Shown here piece after piece: positions 10,531 through 21,074 of a stretch of 64,000 nucleotides of DNA. Origin of the DNA: Cyanidioschyzon merolae. Its lineage: Eukaryota. The stretch lies in assembly GCA_000091205.1 (NCBI GenBank), contig AP006487.2. One strand, given 5' to 3'. The notes under the pieces are model-generated. The model was given only the letters and a program-made list of their open reading frames with translations. It was not told the DNA's origin and did no database searches. Position 1 is the first letter of the stretch; every line of letters begins with the position of its first letter. The position numbers and the translations under genes were made by a program.

Positions 10531-12656
10531 GTTGTTGGCGGTGTGGGCTCGATGTACGGGTTAGGCTCTTGAAAATAATCTTATAGAGTAGACTAGAGTA
10601 CGTTAGGCGCTTTTGTCGGGTTCCTCGATCGCGCCAGGCGAGATGCGTCGGTCAAACGCCGTGCTACGTATGGACGCTCTATATGTGATATGCCTCTACC
10701 AAGATCGCCGTATCCGGAGGACGAGGCAGGCACCATAAGCTAGACAACGACGGCAGCATGCAAATGGCTTGAACGCTCATCAGTACGAGGCCGTGACGCC
10801 CGGCAGAAGCAAAATTCGGCTCAGTCCCCTATTCCAGCGTCCGTTCAGTATGCATAACAAGCACCCGGATAAAACGTATATCCGTGTTCAGGAATCCTAC
10901 CGCGCCTTTTTTTCCGATCAATAAAACTAACAGAAATCCTATCGAGTAGAGTGCTGGATACCTCATCCGCACGAGCGCAGGATACTACGGTGGCTACGCG
11001 TATGCTGGAATCATCGCGGAGTTTCGTGCCGGGCTCCTGCATCTCTATGTATGCCACTGCGGTGCTGCGATGGGCAGTAGCTTCGGCACCAGCGACAGAG
11101 TCTATAGCAAGAAATTATTCTACGTGAGTTTTCGATCTAGGACACTTGATTTCCGCTGCAGCGCGATGCGAACACGCATGTCCCAAGGCGGGGCGTCGGA
11201 CACGTGTCCTTCATCGATCGGTGGGGCGTCTCGCGCGGTGCGTGCATCGCGCCGGTGAGCGCAACTGGGAGATCGGGCAGGCATGAAACACGATGTGCAT
11301 GCCGTTGTGGAAGGGAAACGTGATCTCGATCAGAAGCGTGTTGTTCTGCTGTAAATATTTTTATTGCGTTGAGTTCATAGCAGAGTACGGCTTTTCAGTT
11401 TATTTCTGTTTCAGCCCTAAAACGAGTCTAGTCAAGCGTCTTGTCGCAGTAAATAACTGAAGGGTTCAAAGAGTGTTTTTTCTCAAAAAAACAAAAAAAG
11501 GAAAGCTATGAAAAAGCAAGTCGACGATCCAGGGGGGCCCGGAGTCGCCAGCTGCCAAAAAAACAAAAAAGAATACCGAACCCAGAAGGAAAGGTAGAGA
11601 AAAAGGAAGCAAAAGGTGGAGGCCCCACGACGAAGGCGCCAAAAAGACAACTGTACAACGAGATGGTGGTGAAAGCCTGTCTTCTTAAACACTCCATGGA
11701 TCCGTACAGGGAAAAGTTGCGAGACGCTATCAAAAAAGTGCTGCGTCATACTCCAAAAGTATTGCCAAGGCGTCGTCAGGACTGATGCATTTGGCGGGGA
11801 AGATGTATCGAGATGTGACGCACATGGAAATAGTCAAGATTTTGGACGAGTTTTTCGACAAGACTTTTATTCGACACCTGATGCTTGGTAAAGAGGAAGC
11901 GCGGAGTGAAAATGGGCGGATGCACGTCCTCCACGAAAACTTCGCCAAAATCCGCTTCGAGGGTACTCGATACAAGGGCGACGCGGATATTTACATATAC
12001 GGGGCGATGAAGTACCTCACGAATCTGCAGAACCATTTGACAACAAACCTCGAACGTTTCATGATACGCGCCGTGGTTGCACTCTACCCGGGCATCTCTT
12101 GCAATAGGAAAGGGGCGATGATCAACGGCATCACGAATGATCGCAAGCATGAACATGAGATCGAGTTCGTCGACGTGAAGGCGTCAAACAAGAGCACGAA
12201 TGAAGGTTCTGTAATCCGTGCGGTTCTATATGAGCACCGTGCGGTACTGGGTCTGGCGAATCCAAAAGACGTGGTATCAGACTTGAAAAGGATGAAGTAA
12301 GATACAATCGCCTCGTCCTGCGGTATTTCATGTTTCTGGACCGAGAGCTCGAACGCGAAGCGGAGATGAAGCAGAGTGAAAAGACATATGAAGAGTGGGA
12401 GAGACGGAAGGCTTCCCTAATGGGTAAGCGCTTCAACGTAGTTCGAATGCGCAACATCAAGTCACATTTCGTGACTATCGACTCCAGAGTCCTTTACGGC
12501 ATCATGAAGGAGATCCGTCCGGAGTTCAATGTTAGCAGGGAGGAATTTTCCGGTGAAAACCGAGAGACGTGCTGAAAGAGTATCTTCGATTTCAAACGTC
12601 TCAAAGTGAGCGAACAAAAGGTATTCACTGGGTTGATCTAAACCGATGGAGTAGCC

Positions 12657-13529
12657 TTGTGTATACACTATCGGCGATTGAAGAAAGATCGGCCAGTCCC
12701 TCCCGCGGCTGCGCCCGTGACGAGGGATGAAGAAAAGGAGGCGGCTCGTCCTGCGACACAGGAGGTGGAGGAGAATGACCTCGTCGTTGGCGTGACGAAG
12801 GATGAAGATGAGAAGGAGGCGGATCTTGCGACGCAGGAGGTGGAGGAGACTGACCTCGTCGTTGGCGTGACGAAGGATGAAGATGAGAAGGAGGCGGATC
12901 TTGCGACACAGAAAGTGCAGGATAACGGCTTTGTCGTTGGCGCGGACCCTGGGAATACGAATATCATAACCATCGCTGCTCCCAAGCGCGCGAGAGATGG
13001 TGCTGATGGTAACTTACTCCAGAAAGACATGCGTTTTTTGAGGTTCTCACGAGCGAGATACTATCGAGAACCGGGAATGATGAATGCGAGGAAGAAAATT
13101 GGTACGTGGAATGTAAGAATGAAGGATCACCTGGAAGCTTTAAGCGAGGTGACTAGCCGAGGAGCGGACTTTGGAGCTTTTCGGAAATTCATGGAAATTC
13201 GTGTTGCCCAATGGGATGCACTGTGGGAGGAGTATACGAAGCCCCGGTGCGCTCGTCTGCGATTGAGTCTGTATTGTAGGAAGCAACGGGCGTTCGCGAA
13301 TTTTTTTAATCAGTTGAGCGCCTTGAAGGAGGATGATGGTCAGAGGCTCGTAATAGCGTATGCAGCAGGGCGCTGGGCGTCGAAGAGAGGGACTACACCA
13401 GCACCAACGACGAGGGTGTACAAGGAGTGTGCACGGCGTTTTGATACAATACGGATAGACGAGTTCCGAACATCGTATACACATCATGAACTGGATTGTG
13501 CACTCCAGAGAGTGGAGATGGAAAAGTAA
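12657..13529 (+). CDS. Fanzor/TnpB-like nuclease core fragment (RuvC-I/RuvC-II region); probably non-functional as a stand-alone ORF
   Basis: 290-aa ORF (track start is TTG). Contains 'DPGNTN' RuvC-I and '[18 protein letters not shown]'. Internal 60-bp tandem duplication encodes '[24 protein letters not shown]' twice. Confidence 0.55.
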   Translation: MCIHYRRLKKDRPVPPAAAPVTRDEEKEAARPATQEVEENDLVVGVTKDEDEKEADLATQEVEETDLVVGVTKDEDEKEADLATQKVQDNGFVVGADPGNTNIITIAAPKRARDGADGNLLQKDMRFLRFSRARYYREPGMMNARKKIGTWNVRMKDHLEALSEVTSRGADFGAFRKFMEIRVAQWDALWEEYTKPRCARLRLSLYCRKQRAFANFFNQLSALKEDDGQRLVIAYAAGRWASKRGTTPAPTTRVYKECARRFDTIRIDEFRTSYTHHELDCALQRVEMEK

Positions 13530-13580
13530 CAGACAAGCCTTGAGGATATAGCAAAGTACGGACCGCTGACCGAAGAGCAA

Positions 13581-13859
13581 ATGGAAAGGAGGGCAAAAGT
13601 TCGTGGACTCCTTCCATTAGTACGTACAACCAATGATGGCAAGAAACGCATGGAATTCGTGAACCGTGACTTTCATGCCGCTATCAATATAAGGAAATAT
13701 GCGGTGCTGGAGAAGAGACCTCCAGAGCTGCCAAAAGTGAATTTTTTTGTACAACCTTCCAAAATTGAATTATTTGAGAAAATATTGGAAGCGGTAGTGG
13801 GTGGCCGGTCCAAAAACACGGGGTGGCGTCTGCACGTCAGTCGGAGACATCAGGTCTAA
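13581..13859 (+). CDS. Fanzor/TnpB-like C-terminal fragment (RuvC-III motif)
   Basis: 'MEFVNRDFHAAINIRKYAVLEKRPPELPKVNFF...', in frame with 12657-13529 but separated from it by TAA. The homologous C-terminus recurs at 30660-30742 (minus strand) and 57700-57929. Confidence 0.55.
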   Translation: MERRAKVRGLLPLVRTTNDGKKRMEFVNRDFHAAINIRKYAVLEKRPPELPKVNFFVQPSKIELFEKILEAVVGGRSKNTGWRLHVSRRHQV

Positions 13860-13973
13860 GGCGCCGGTTGGCGCGTCTACTGTACACAGTCGGCGTCGTT
13901 TGACTTAGAACGGCGTTTGGCCGCGTTTCACTTTACCGCAAAACTTCGGTACTCTGAAAAGCGATTTCGTGCA

Positions 13974-14273
13974 ATGTCCTCCGAGACCAGTGATAAGAAA
14001 CCGGTAGTGTCTGAGGGTAAAACTTCCGGAGGTGACCAAATCAACCTCAGAGTGCGCGATGCCGACGGCAACGAGGTCCAGTTCCGGATCAAGAAACACA
14101 CGCCCCTGCGAAAGCTCATGGATGCGTACTGCACACGTAAGGGAGTAGACTTGCACAGTTATCGTTTCTTGTTCGACGGGAATAGAATAAATGAGGACGA
14201 TACCCCGGAAAAACTCGGTATGGAAGATATGGACTCGATCGACGCAATGTTGTTCCAGCAGGGAGGCTGGTGA
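13974..14273 (+). CDS. SUMO: SUMO (Smt3-type ubiquitin-like modifier)
   Basis: 99-aa product from ATG 13974: 'MSSETSDKKPVVSEGKTSGGDQINLRVRDADGNEVQFRIKKHTPLRKLMDAYCTRKGVDLHSYRFLFDGNRINEDDTPEKLGMEDMDSIDAMLFQQGGW'. Canonical SUMO core with C-terminal GG and a single residue after it. Confidence 0.85.
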   Translation: MSSETSDKKPVVSEGKTSGGDQINLRVRDADGNEVQFRIKKHTPLRKLMDAYCTRKGVDLHSYRFLFDGNRINEDDTPEKLGMEDMDSIDAMLFQQGGW

Positions 14274-14623
14274 AACGCCTTGCCGTAGGTGCGCACCTGA
14301 ACTCTGTGCGCTCTTCTTATGCTTCTGGTCTATAAAAGGAAACTCCTAGCCGCTGTACTGTGAGGAACGAACGCACTTCGTTTTATGCTTTAAATCGTAG
14401 GACCAAACGCGACTACGGGCGTGCGCGGAGCCACGGCGGACGTGGACAACGGGTGACCTGCGCAACAGTCCCTGTGCCCCTTGGCGAGGCGCCCCCATAG
14501 GGACTAACGTCATGCACGCCATCTGGACAGGTCGAAAGGAAAGAGTCGGGTACAGTCCTGTCGTGTGTACGCACTGCGAGCCTCCTGTTTGTGAACGTAT
14601 GGTCCGTAAAGTTCAACAGCGAT

Positions 14624-17497
14624 TCAGTTCGATAAATCAAGCTCGAGTTCGAGTTTCAGAAGAGCACCGACATGCTCAGCTCGCAAAGAGTCGAAAGCAT
14701 ATGGTCCCGGAAGTAACACCCACCAGTACTGGAGGATGTCCCAGAGTAAAAGTCGATCGTCCGAAGACGCCGGGGCGCTTGCGCTCACCTCCGCATTCCT
14801 TTCTGGGGAGGCTCGCGAGCGCGCCTGTACATTCACAACGAACGGCCATCGCTCGCAAAGCTCCTGCTGCAGCTGGTTAAGTGCGGACCAAACTTCATTG
14901 CTGCGATCCGCGACACCTCCTGAAGACTCTGGGCATATCGCCGCCCAGTCTACGATTTGACAGATCGCACCACTGTCCGTCGTCAGGAAGACACTGCACT
15001 GCGGAAAGCATCGAGCCATCCTTGTCCGCTGACTCGCGTCGCCTTCTGCGAATGGCAGTGGAGCAGACGCGACTTGTACAGAGGCAACTGCACCGCCCAA
15101 TTCGAGTGTGAGTCCATCGTGCCTCCAGCGACATAATTCATCAACGATGGTGGTATCACGTACGCCTGCCGCTCCATCGAGAGCCCTTGAATGCAGTTCG
15201 AGTTCATCAGGAATCTCTGATCCGGGTCGATATCTTCGCTGCTGCTGAGCACAAGGCACCTCTTCGAGGAATGCGACCTGGGCGTCGTTCGCAACGAGCA
15301 ACATCCTATTTGGCAGGAACCTGACTCTGCGGACTTCCTCTATGCCCGTTTGGATAACTCCTAACGAGCGCAACACAAATCGGCATGTCGCCGAGGCCGT
15401 CTCCGCAGCATGGTACTGCACTAGTCCGACCTGGTACAGGGTGTCGCCACCGAGTGTGACTACGACCTGAAGGAGCGATGTCGAGCCAGATTTGTCTCTG
15501 GCTTCCGTTTGCGCATGGTCACATTCAAGCAAACGCACCGTGATATCAGCCCAGCGGTGCGGACCGTCTCGTTCTAAACACACACCGGTCCAGGCTGGAT
15601 CCACCAGGAACGGTAGCTGTCCCTCCGCCGCCGCCGCCGCCGCAGCAGCAGCAGCAGCAGGCGCATACACTGCAAGCGTACTTGACGCGTCTACACCTAG
15701 GTACATCCGCGTATCCCCTCGCATGCATATCTCGCATGATGGAATCGGTGTCATTGCGAGTATGTCCAGTTCTGCTGGTGTAGATGGCGGCTCCTCCATC
15801 TGTTGCTGCTCTTGTAAAGGCCTACTCGCTGAAGGCAGGTCAAAGCTGCCAGCGATGCAGGGCGGATTCCTGGAAGCGTATCGCTGCGCAACGCGGTGCT
15901 CCTGTGCCGCGGGATTTTCCGGCAATTTGCACGGTAATGGACCATACGAACGAAGGTGCAGGAGACGCTGCCGCTGCTGCTGACGCCGCCAACGCCACCA
16001 CCACCACCAGAACGAGAACCATGAAGATGCGTCCTCCGAATTAGCATCATTTTGGCGCAGGGGTGCAGATAGCTCATCAAGACACGCTAGGCGCCACGGT
16101 TCTTCAGTGGTATGGTAAAAATGCCAACGCACGACTTGCAACCGCCCATCACCGCTCACAACAAAAGACTCGCCCATCCATGAGACCAAATGGTCACTGC
16201 ACGTACCATATTCGAGAAGCGATTCCCCAGTGTACTGACGATGGCTCGGTAGAATCGCGCTTGGGACACCCCAGGCAGCTAAAGGATCGAAAATCACGCG
16301 CCGAACTCGCATCGCCCGGCGGCCGAGGGCCGCATGTGCATCCCAGAACACCCTCCATAGCTCGTGTCCTACAACGAGAATATCTTCTGGATGCGCGGGC
16401 TGACCTCCACAAATGCGATAGAGTTTCAGGGGCTGGTGGCTAAGGTGCCATTTGGCATAGAGATGCCCCGTAAAGCGGTCGAGCTGGACAAGCCAGCCGC
16501 TACGAAGCGAAACCAGCAGAGCGCTACCCTCGCGAACGCTGTACACAGACTCCACCGCCGCAGCGTCCAAGTCGCCGGTTGCCACGTGCGGCATAATACG
16601 GAGTCGACGTTTCACAGCCGCCGTCTGCTCGTCGTAGTCGAAAATGTAAAGAGCGCCATCAGAAGACGCCACAGCGACACCCTGCAGGCGCCGATCTGAC
16701 GCAATTGTAGCGAGAGCTGTCACCTCACTACGATCAAAGAGATCACATCGACAACGCTCCGTAAGTGAGGCAGCATCCAACACAATGAGCAGTGGACAAG
16801 TAGCAGTCTCGATCACACAGGTAAGCGCCAGCACGGCCTCTGCCACGCCCGCAGGCGATGCGTCGGCGTGCGTGATCTTTCCTGGTGCCTGCCAACGTGA
16901 CGTCACGAAAGCACGCAGTGCGCTGCATGCGCCATGCGTGCCATGCACTGCGTGCGGCTCTGCGATGCGTGCGACGCAATCGCGCGCTACGATAACGGAT
17001 TCATAGAAGCACGCAATGATATCGATGGATAAGGGCCACGAGTCGCTAACGTCCTGAGCCGTCCGTTGCGCTTCGTCAATACGTAACACGACTGGTGCTC
17101 CTAAATCATCCTCTTTGTTAAAGACACGGTCACAGATAAGTAGGTAGCGGCCGCCTTGTAGCCAGAACACTCTGGAGGACCCCGTCAGCAGATTCGGATC
17201 GCTCTCCAACTGTAGCGTGGCATAGTCTCCGCAATCCAGTGACGACAAGTGCACACCATCAGAGCTCTGATGCAGCATACAAAAGCTCGCGTGGTGGCTG
17301 CATCTCTTTTGGAGGGGCGCTTCGCGCGAGGGCCACGGCTCCCGTCCGCGCAGGCCGCTGTCGATGAGGACGGGCCCCCGCCGCTCGGTGGTGCGCCACC
17401 TGCGCGCAAGCTCCGGTGCGCCGCGTGAACGAGACCGAGAGCCTGCGGACCGGGACAGAATAATCGTGAAGCAGGGGCCAAGACTCCGGAGGTCCAC
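14624..17497 (-). CDS. C-terminal part of the same large protein (possible beta-propeller plus alpha-solenoid architecture; nucleoporin- or tethering-factor-like, unassigned)
   Basis: 957-aa ORF, same strand, contiguous with 17185-19104. Segments such as 'SSDGALYIFDYDEQ' are propeller-like, followed by a long helical region. No family motif recognised with confidence. Confidence 0.55.
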   Translation of the reverse strand: MDLRSLGPCFTIILSRSAGSRSRSRGAPELARRWRTTERRGPVLIDSGLRGREPWPSREAPLQKRCSHHASFCMLHQSSDGVHLSSLDCGDYATLQLESDPNLLTGSSRVFWLQGGRYLLICDRVFNKEDDLGAPVVLRIDEAQRTAQDVSDSWPLSIDIIACFYESVIVARDCVARIAEPHAVHGTHGACSALRAFVTSRWQAPGKITHADASPAGVAEAVLALTCVIETATCPLLIVLDAASLTERCRCDLFDRSEVTALATIASDRRLQGVAVASSDGALYIFDYDEQTAAVKRRLRIMPHVATGDLDAAAVESVYSVREGSALLVSLRSGWLVQLDRFTGHLYAKWHLSHQPLKLYRICGGQPAHPEDILVVGHELWRVFWDAHAALGRRAMRVRRVIFDPLAAWGVPSAILPSHRQYTGESLLEYGTCSDHLVSWMGESFVVSGDGRLQVVRWHFYHTTEEPWRLACLDELSAPLRQNDANSEDASSWFSFWWWWWRWRRQQQRQRLLHLRSYGPLPCKLPENPAAQEHRVAQRYASRNPPCIAGSFDLPSASRPLQEQQQMEEPPSTPAELDILAMTPIPSCEICMRGDTRMYLGVDASSTLAVYAPAAAAAAAAAAAEGQLPFLVDPAWTGVCLERDGPHRWADITVRLLECDHAQTEARDKSGSTSLLQVVVTLGGDTLYQVGLVQYHAAETASATCRFVLRSLGVIQTGIEEVRRVRFLPNRMLLVANDAQVAFLEEVPCAQQQRRYRPGSEIPDELELHSRALDGAAGVRDTTIVDELCRWRHDGLTLELGGAVASVQVASAPLPFAEGDASQRTRMARCFPQCSVFLTTDSGAICQIVDWAAICPESSGGVADRSNEVWSALNQLQQELCERWPFVVNVQARSRASPERNAEVSASAPASSDDRLLLWDILQYWWVLLPGPYAFDSLRAEHVGALLKLELELDLSN

Positions 17498-19104
17498 GCA
17501 TCTGGAAGATGCAACCAGTCCATCTGACCGAAAAAGTCCCAGCAGAGGATGTTCACATGCGGTCCTTCGCCGAAAGCCACCAGTCCGGCTGCGTCTCGCG
17601 CGTCACGCGGCAATGAAACAGGGTCCCCCGATTGTAGACGGACGCTGCGAACGACTCCAAGATCACACTGGACGAGCGTGCCATCTTGACGGACGAGCAA
17701 TAACTTGAAATCCCCCGTTTCCGGCTGGGATACAGCGCAGTATGCGAGGAACGAGTGCATAGCCGTCGTCTGCTCGTTGTTCGACATTGTGCGGGGTCCC
17801 TGCAATGGACCAAACTGCGGACGTAAAGAGCGTTTCTGGAAACGCAGCGGCAATACATATCGATCTGTGACGACGTAAACCAAACGGTCTCGCGAATCGA
17901 AATCCGAGGCATTCGAATTAGAGAAATCGATAGCTGTAGGGTCCGGATGAAAGGGATGCGATTCAATGCCGAGTACGTACGCAGACGGCAGCGCCGCCCG
18001 GAAGCACATGGTGCGGGCATCGTATCGAAGCTGGAGCCCGCCGTGGCTATCGTGCATCGATGCCGGCTCTTCGTCATCCTGTATCAATGCTTCTTTGTCA
18101 CCACTCTTCGGCAGTATTTCCTCGTCTTTCAGAATCGCTCCGTGATCACTCGCTTCTAGACGGGTAAGCAGAGCATCTTGATCGGCCCCTTGGGCACATC
18201 GCACGTCGTCGACAAAGATAGAAAGCAGGATAGATGGTGCATGGTCTTCTGGGGCCCGCCACGCTGCACTGCGCAGCTCACGTTCGATCGAAGAAATGCC
18301 TATTGTGATCGTCACTGTACCGCATTCAGTGCATTCGTCTGGGCGATAAGGCACGGCGAGACTGCAGACGTCGTGCACGAAGCCCGGCGCAGGATAGGCC
18401 ATCCACGCGAGCGGTACAAGCGGAGCATCGCAGCTCTCAGTTTTTGAAAGAGGCACCGGTGGCGCCACAAGTTCCCAGTTAGGCCCAGCCAAGGCCAGCG
18501 GTTCGTTTTCTGCTAACCAGCATCTGATGCCTTCAAAGCCAAAGAACATGTGATGTCCTATATTGAGCAACAAACGATCGAGACTCTCCGCATAGCGGAG
18601 TTGGAAAGTCGTTGGCAGCTCCCTTTCGATCGCTTCAGCCAGCTCATTGCACTCAGTGTAGAGCGAGCGGGAGGCGAAGCGCTGAAAGAACCCCACTTCA
18701 AAAGCGGACCCTGTCGTGTCCGTCGGGTTTCGAGCGCAAAACCACAGTGCATGCAAGACGAGCCGCCTATCCAAGCACAGCAGGACGTCGCCCTTTTTCA
18801 AGGGAGGATCACTACACCGCGCTTCGGCCGACTGCGAGTGAGGCGCTCCTGATGAACGTCGCCTAAGCGGCACCGTACACGCAGCCAGGAGCTGCATATT
18901 GATGTTTTGTCTATGCACCAGTCGAGGACCGCGTGAAGAAAAAGCCCATAGTGCCAACCAAGATCCGCTTACGATGACGACGTGATCTGCACCTGTTGAA
19001 GTCGAAGCAGTAACCCTGAAAGGAAGCACCGTTCTGAGCTTCTCACTAGGGCGACTCGTACGCAGCACAAAACGCGGCCGCTTCCGGTAGGCGCTCGGCG
19101 CCAT
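17185..19104 (-). CDS. N-terminal part of a very large conserved-looking protein of unknown function (continues in 14624-17497)
   Basis: 639-aa ORF with ATG at 19102-19104 and coding-like composition. Overlaps the next ORF in another frame across a low-complexity Gly/Ser/Arg segment (17185-17497). Confidence 0.55.
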   Translation of the reverse strand: MAPSAYRKRPRFVLRTSRPSEKLRTVLPFRVTASTSTGADHVVIVSGSWLALWAFSSRGPRLVHRQNINMQLLAACTVPLRRRSSGAPHSQSAEARCSDPPLKKGDVLLCLDRRLVLHALWFCARNPTDTTGSAFEVGFFQRFASRSLYTECNELAEAIERELPTTFQLRYAESLDRLLLNIGHHMFFGFEGIRCWLAENEPLALAGPNWELVAPPVPLSKTESCDAPLVPLAWMAYPAPGFVHDVCSLAVPYRPDECTECGTVTITIGISSIERELRSAAWRAPEDHAPSILLSIFVDDVRCAQGADQDALLTRLEASDHGAILKDEEILPKSGDKEALIQDDEEPASMHDSHGGLQLRYDARTMCFRAALPSAYVLGIESHPFHPDPTAIDFSNSNASDFDSRDRLVYVVTDRYVLPLRFQKRSLRPQFGPLQGPRTMSNNEQTTAMHSFLAYCAVSQPETGDFKLLLVRQDGTLVQCDLGVVRSVRLQSGDPVSLPRDARDAAGLVAFGEGPHVNILCWDFFGQMDWLHLPDAWTSGVLAPASRLFCPGPQALGLVHAAHRSLRAGGAPPSGGGPSSSTAACADGSRGPRAKRPSKRDAATTRAFVCCIRALMVCTCRHWIAETMPRYSWRAIRIC

Positions 19105-21074
19105 GCTGCGCTTACTCTGGAGGTACAGACCAGAGGATCAGAGGCGCCGATAAAAGAGCCACTCTAAACCGTCCAGTTTACACGATGAAGCGTTCGCCAC
19201 TAGGCGCCCCAGAGGAAACAGCGGTCTGCTTGGAGCCCTCGCACACCTGAGATGCTTCGGCCGCAAATCGCAGTCGCTCATCGCGTGTGAGACGCAGCCG
19301 GGCGCAGAACGGTGTTGCGGCTGCAACCCGGATCAGTTGGAAACTACTTTTCTATTTCTGGATAGCAGCCTCCCCAGAGTCACCAGACACAGGCAATCTA
19401 AAGGATCACTATGTTGTTCGTGTAGGACATGGAGCGATCATTCCCGCTGCTTGCATAGAGTTTTGGCTGTGTAAGCTCCGGCTCCGCCCGAACAAAGCAC
19501 GAGCGCGGACGTACTCTCAAGCCGAAATTGCGGGGCAATCACTCGCTACGGCACGTGTTTTGTCAGGCAGCACGGATCGTGAGCTGTGCAATAGCTTGAT
19601 CTTGCCAAGAAAAGCAACCTCAAAAGGGCAGCTTCTTCGAGACGCTCAAGCGGGAGGTTGCTTGCACTGCGAGGGTGGCGTTACCGTGAAACGGCTTGAA
19701 GGGTGACCTGTTCAACGCCTCGAAGTCGAGGGCACTCTCAAGCTACATGCTCCCATTACGGAGGCATGCGGTTAAGAGCCTCTGAGTTGGCGCTACTACG
19801 AATGGCAGCGCCTGTACACACAGCATACCAGAATAAGCTGATACGGTTGTATCTACACAAAAACTTACGGGCATCGCGGCCCATGGAAGCGCGCTCCCTG
19901 GTGCACCAGTGCGTGACATATGCCCACCTGAATGGATACGGCGCTCTCACACGTATGCCCAGTATCGATCGAAACACAGGAAGCCGCCAGGGTCAGTGGC
20001 GGACGGGAGCGAGCGGAACCTTCCGTGACAATAAGAGTTATTCGCGCCCCAAAAGCACGTATCACGAGTAGGGATACATACCACATCACGCCGTACATCC
20101 TTATTGTCGGGTCGCTTGGGCTCGCTGGTGAATCCGACGTCCCGAAATAGCGTACCAGCACCGTGGCACTAGACATTATGAAACAGGAATGCACCCATTT
20201 GAGATGCATTACACGGATTAGCCGGTTTCGAGTAACCGGCTCATCCACAGTGGGCAAGCCTCCACATCACGTCTCGAAAACGCTCGTTCTCGGGGCTTTT
20301 CTGGAATCTCCTACACTGCGGACGGGAATCGGTCGCTGATGCGAACTCCGGAGCGAATGCTCCCCCGTGCACTTCCTTGTTTCCCGTAGCATCAGTTCCA
20401 AGCGCCTCATCCAGGTGGGATCTGTGATGAACCGACTGCCGCTCTGTATAATAATCCTCAGCAGCTCGCATGCGTCGCTCCAGATACGTTGAGCAGCGGA
20501 ATCAGCATCGCATCCAGGTAGAGGCTTAAGCGCTGTTCACTGCGTTATCTCCCCAGCATACTCGCGACACGCTGCACACGAATGCCTCGCGGAATAGTGA
20601 AACGGCTTCGTAGCAGGCTTTGACAACGACGCGGATCTATCGTTGAGATTCGTGCGTATCTAGAGTATCTTTCTGTCCGCCAGCTTCAGAGCGGCTACGC
20701 ATACGAGCCGCCTACCCTTCTTCAAGGCCATTCGCGGAACTTCTCGAGCCAGGGTCCGCACTGTGCGAGCTATATAAAGTCGCCGCAAATAATGCGCAAG
20801 ACACGGAGACGGTACACTTGCCAAGTCGGCCAGTTGCTGCTTTGCGAAGCCAGCTGGCCGTTTATGGATGACGGTGATCAGCATAGGTCTGCGCTTTGCA
20901 TCCGCGCTGATTCGTTTTCGTTTCCAACGAGTCGAGTTAGGTGGCTCACGCCACGCGACCAGAACGCGACTATCATACTCGACGCGTCTTGGTCTCAATG
21001 ACCGCGCACGGTCACATTGCTTGTCGTCTTTTTACAGTACCTCCTACGCTGTCTCTTCGTTGAGTGTCAGGAAA

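Larger units (their letters stand above)
11490..13925 (+). mobile_element. Fanzor/TnpB-like element copy 1 (eukaryotic OrfB_IS605-type RuvC nuclease gene, interrupted)
   Basis: Lys-rich N-terminal leader (~11495-11780). ORF pieces 11785-12300, 12330-12575, 12657-13529 and 13581-13859. The last three share one frame, separated by TGA (~12573) and TAA (13527-13529). RuvC-I-like '[17 protein letters not shown]', RuvC-II region '[12 protein letters not shown]', Zn-finger position '[13 protein letters not shown]' (cysteines mostly lost), RuvC-III 'KRMEFVNRDFHAAINIRKYA'. The 3' block is conserved in other copies. Confidence 0.65.

Noticed and set aside
12297-12350. Candidate intron (GTAAGA donor at the end of ORF 11785-12300, pyrimidine tract, AG near 12345-12347) that would join Fanzor fragments
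   Set aside because: No AG acceptor gives the required phase to connect the two frames, and two further in-frame stops remain. A pseudogene is more parsimonious.
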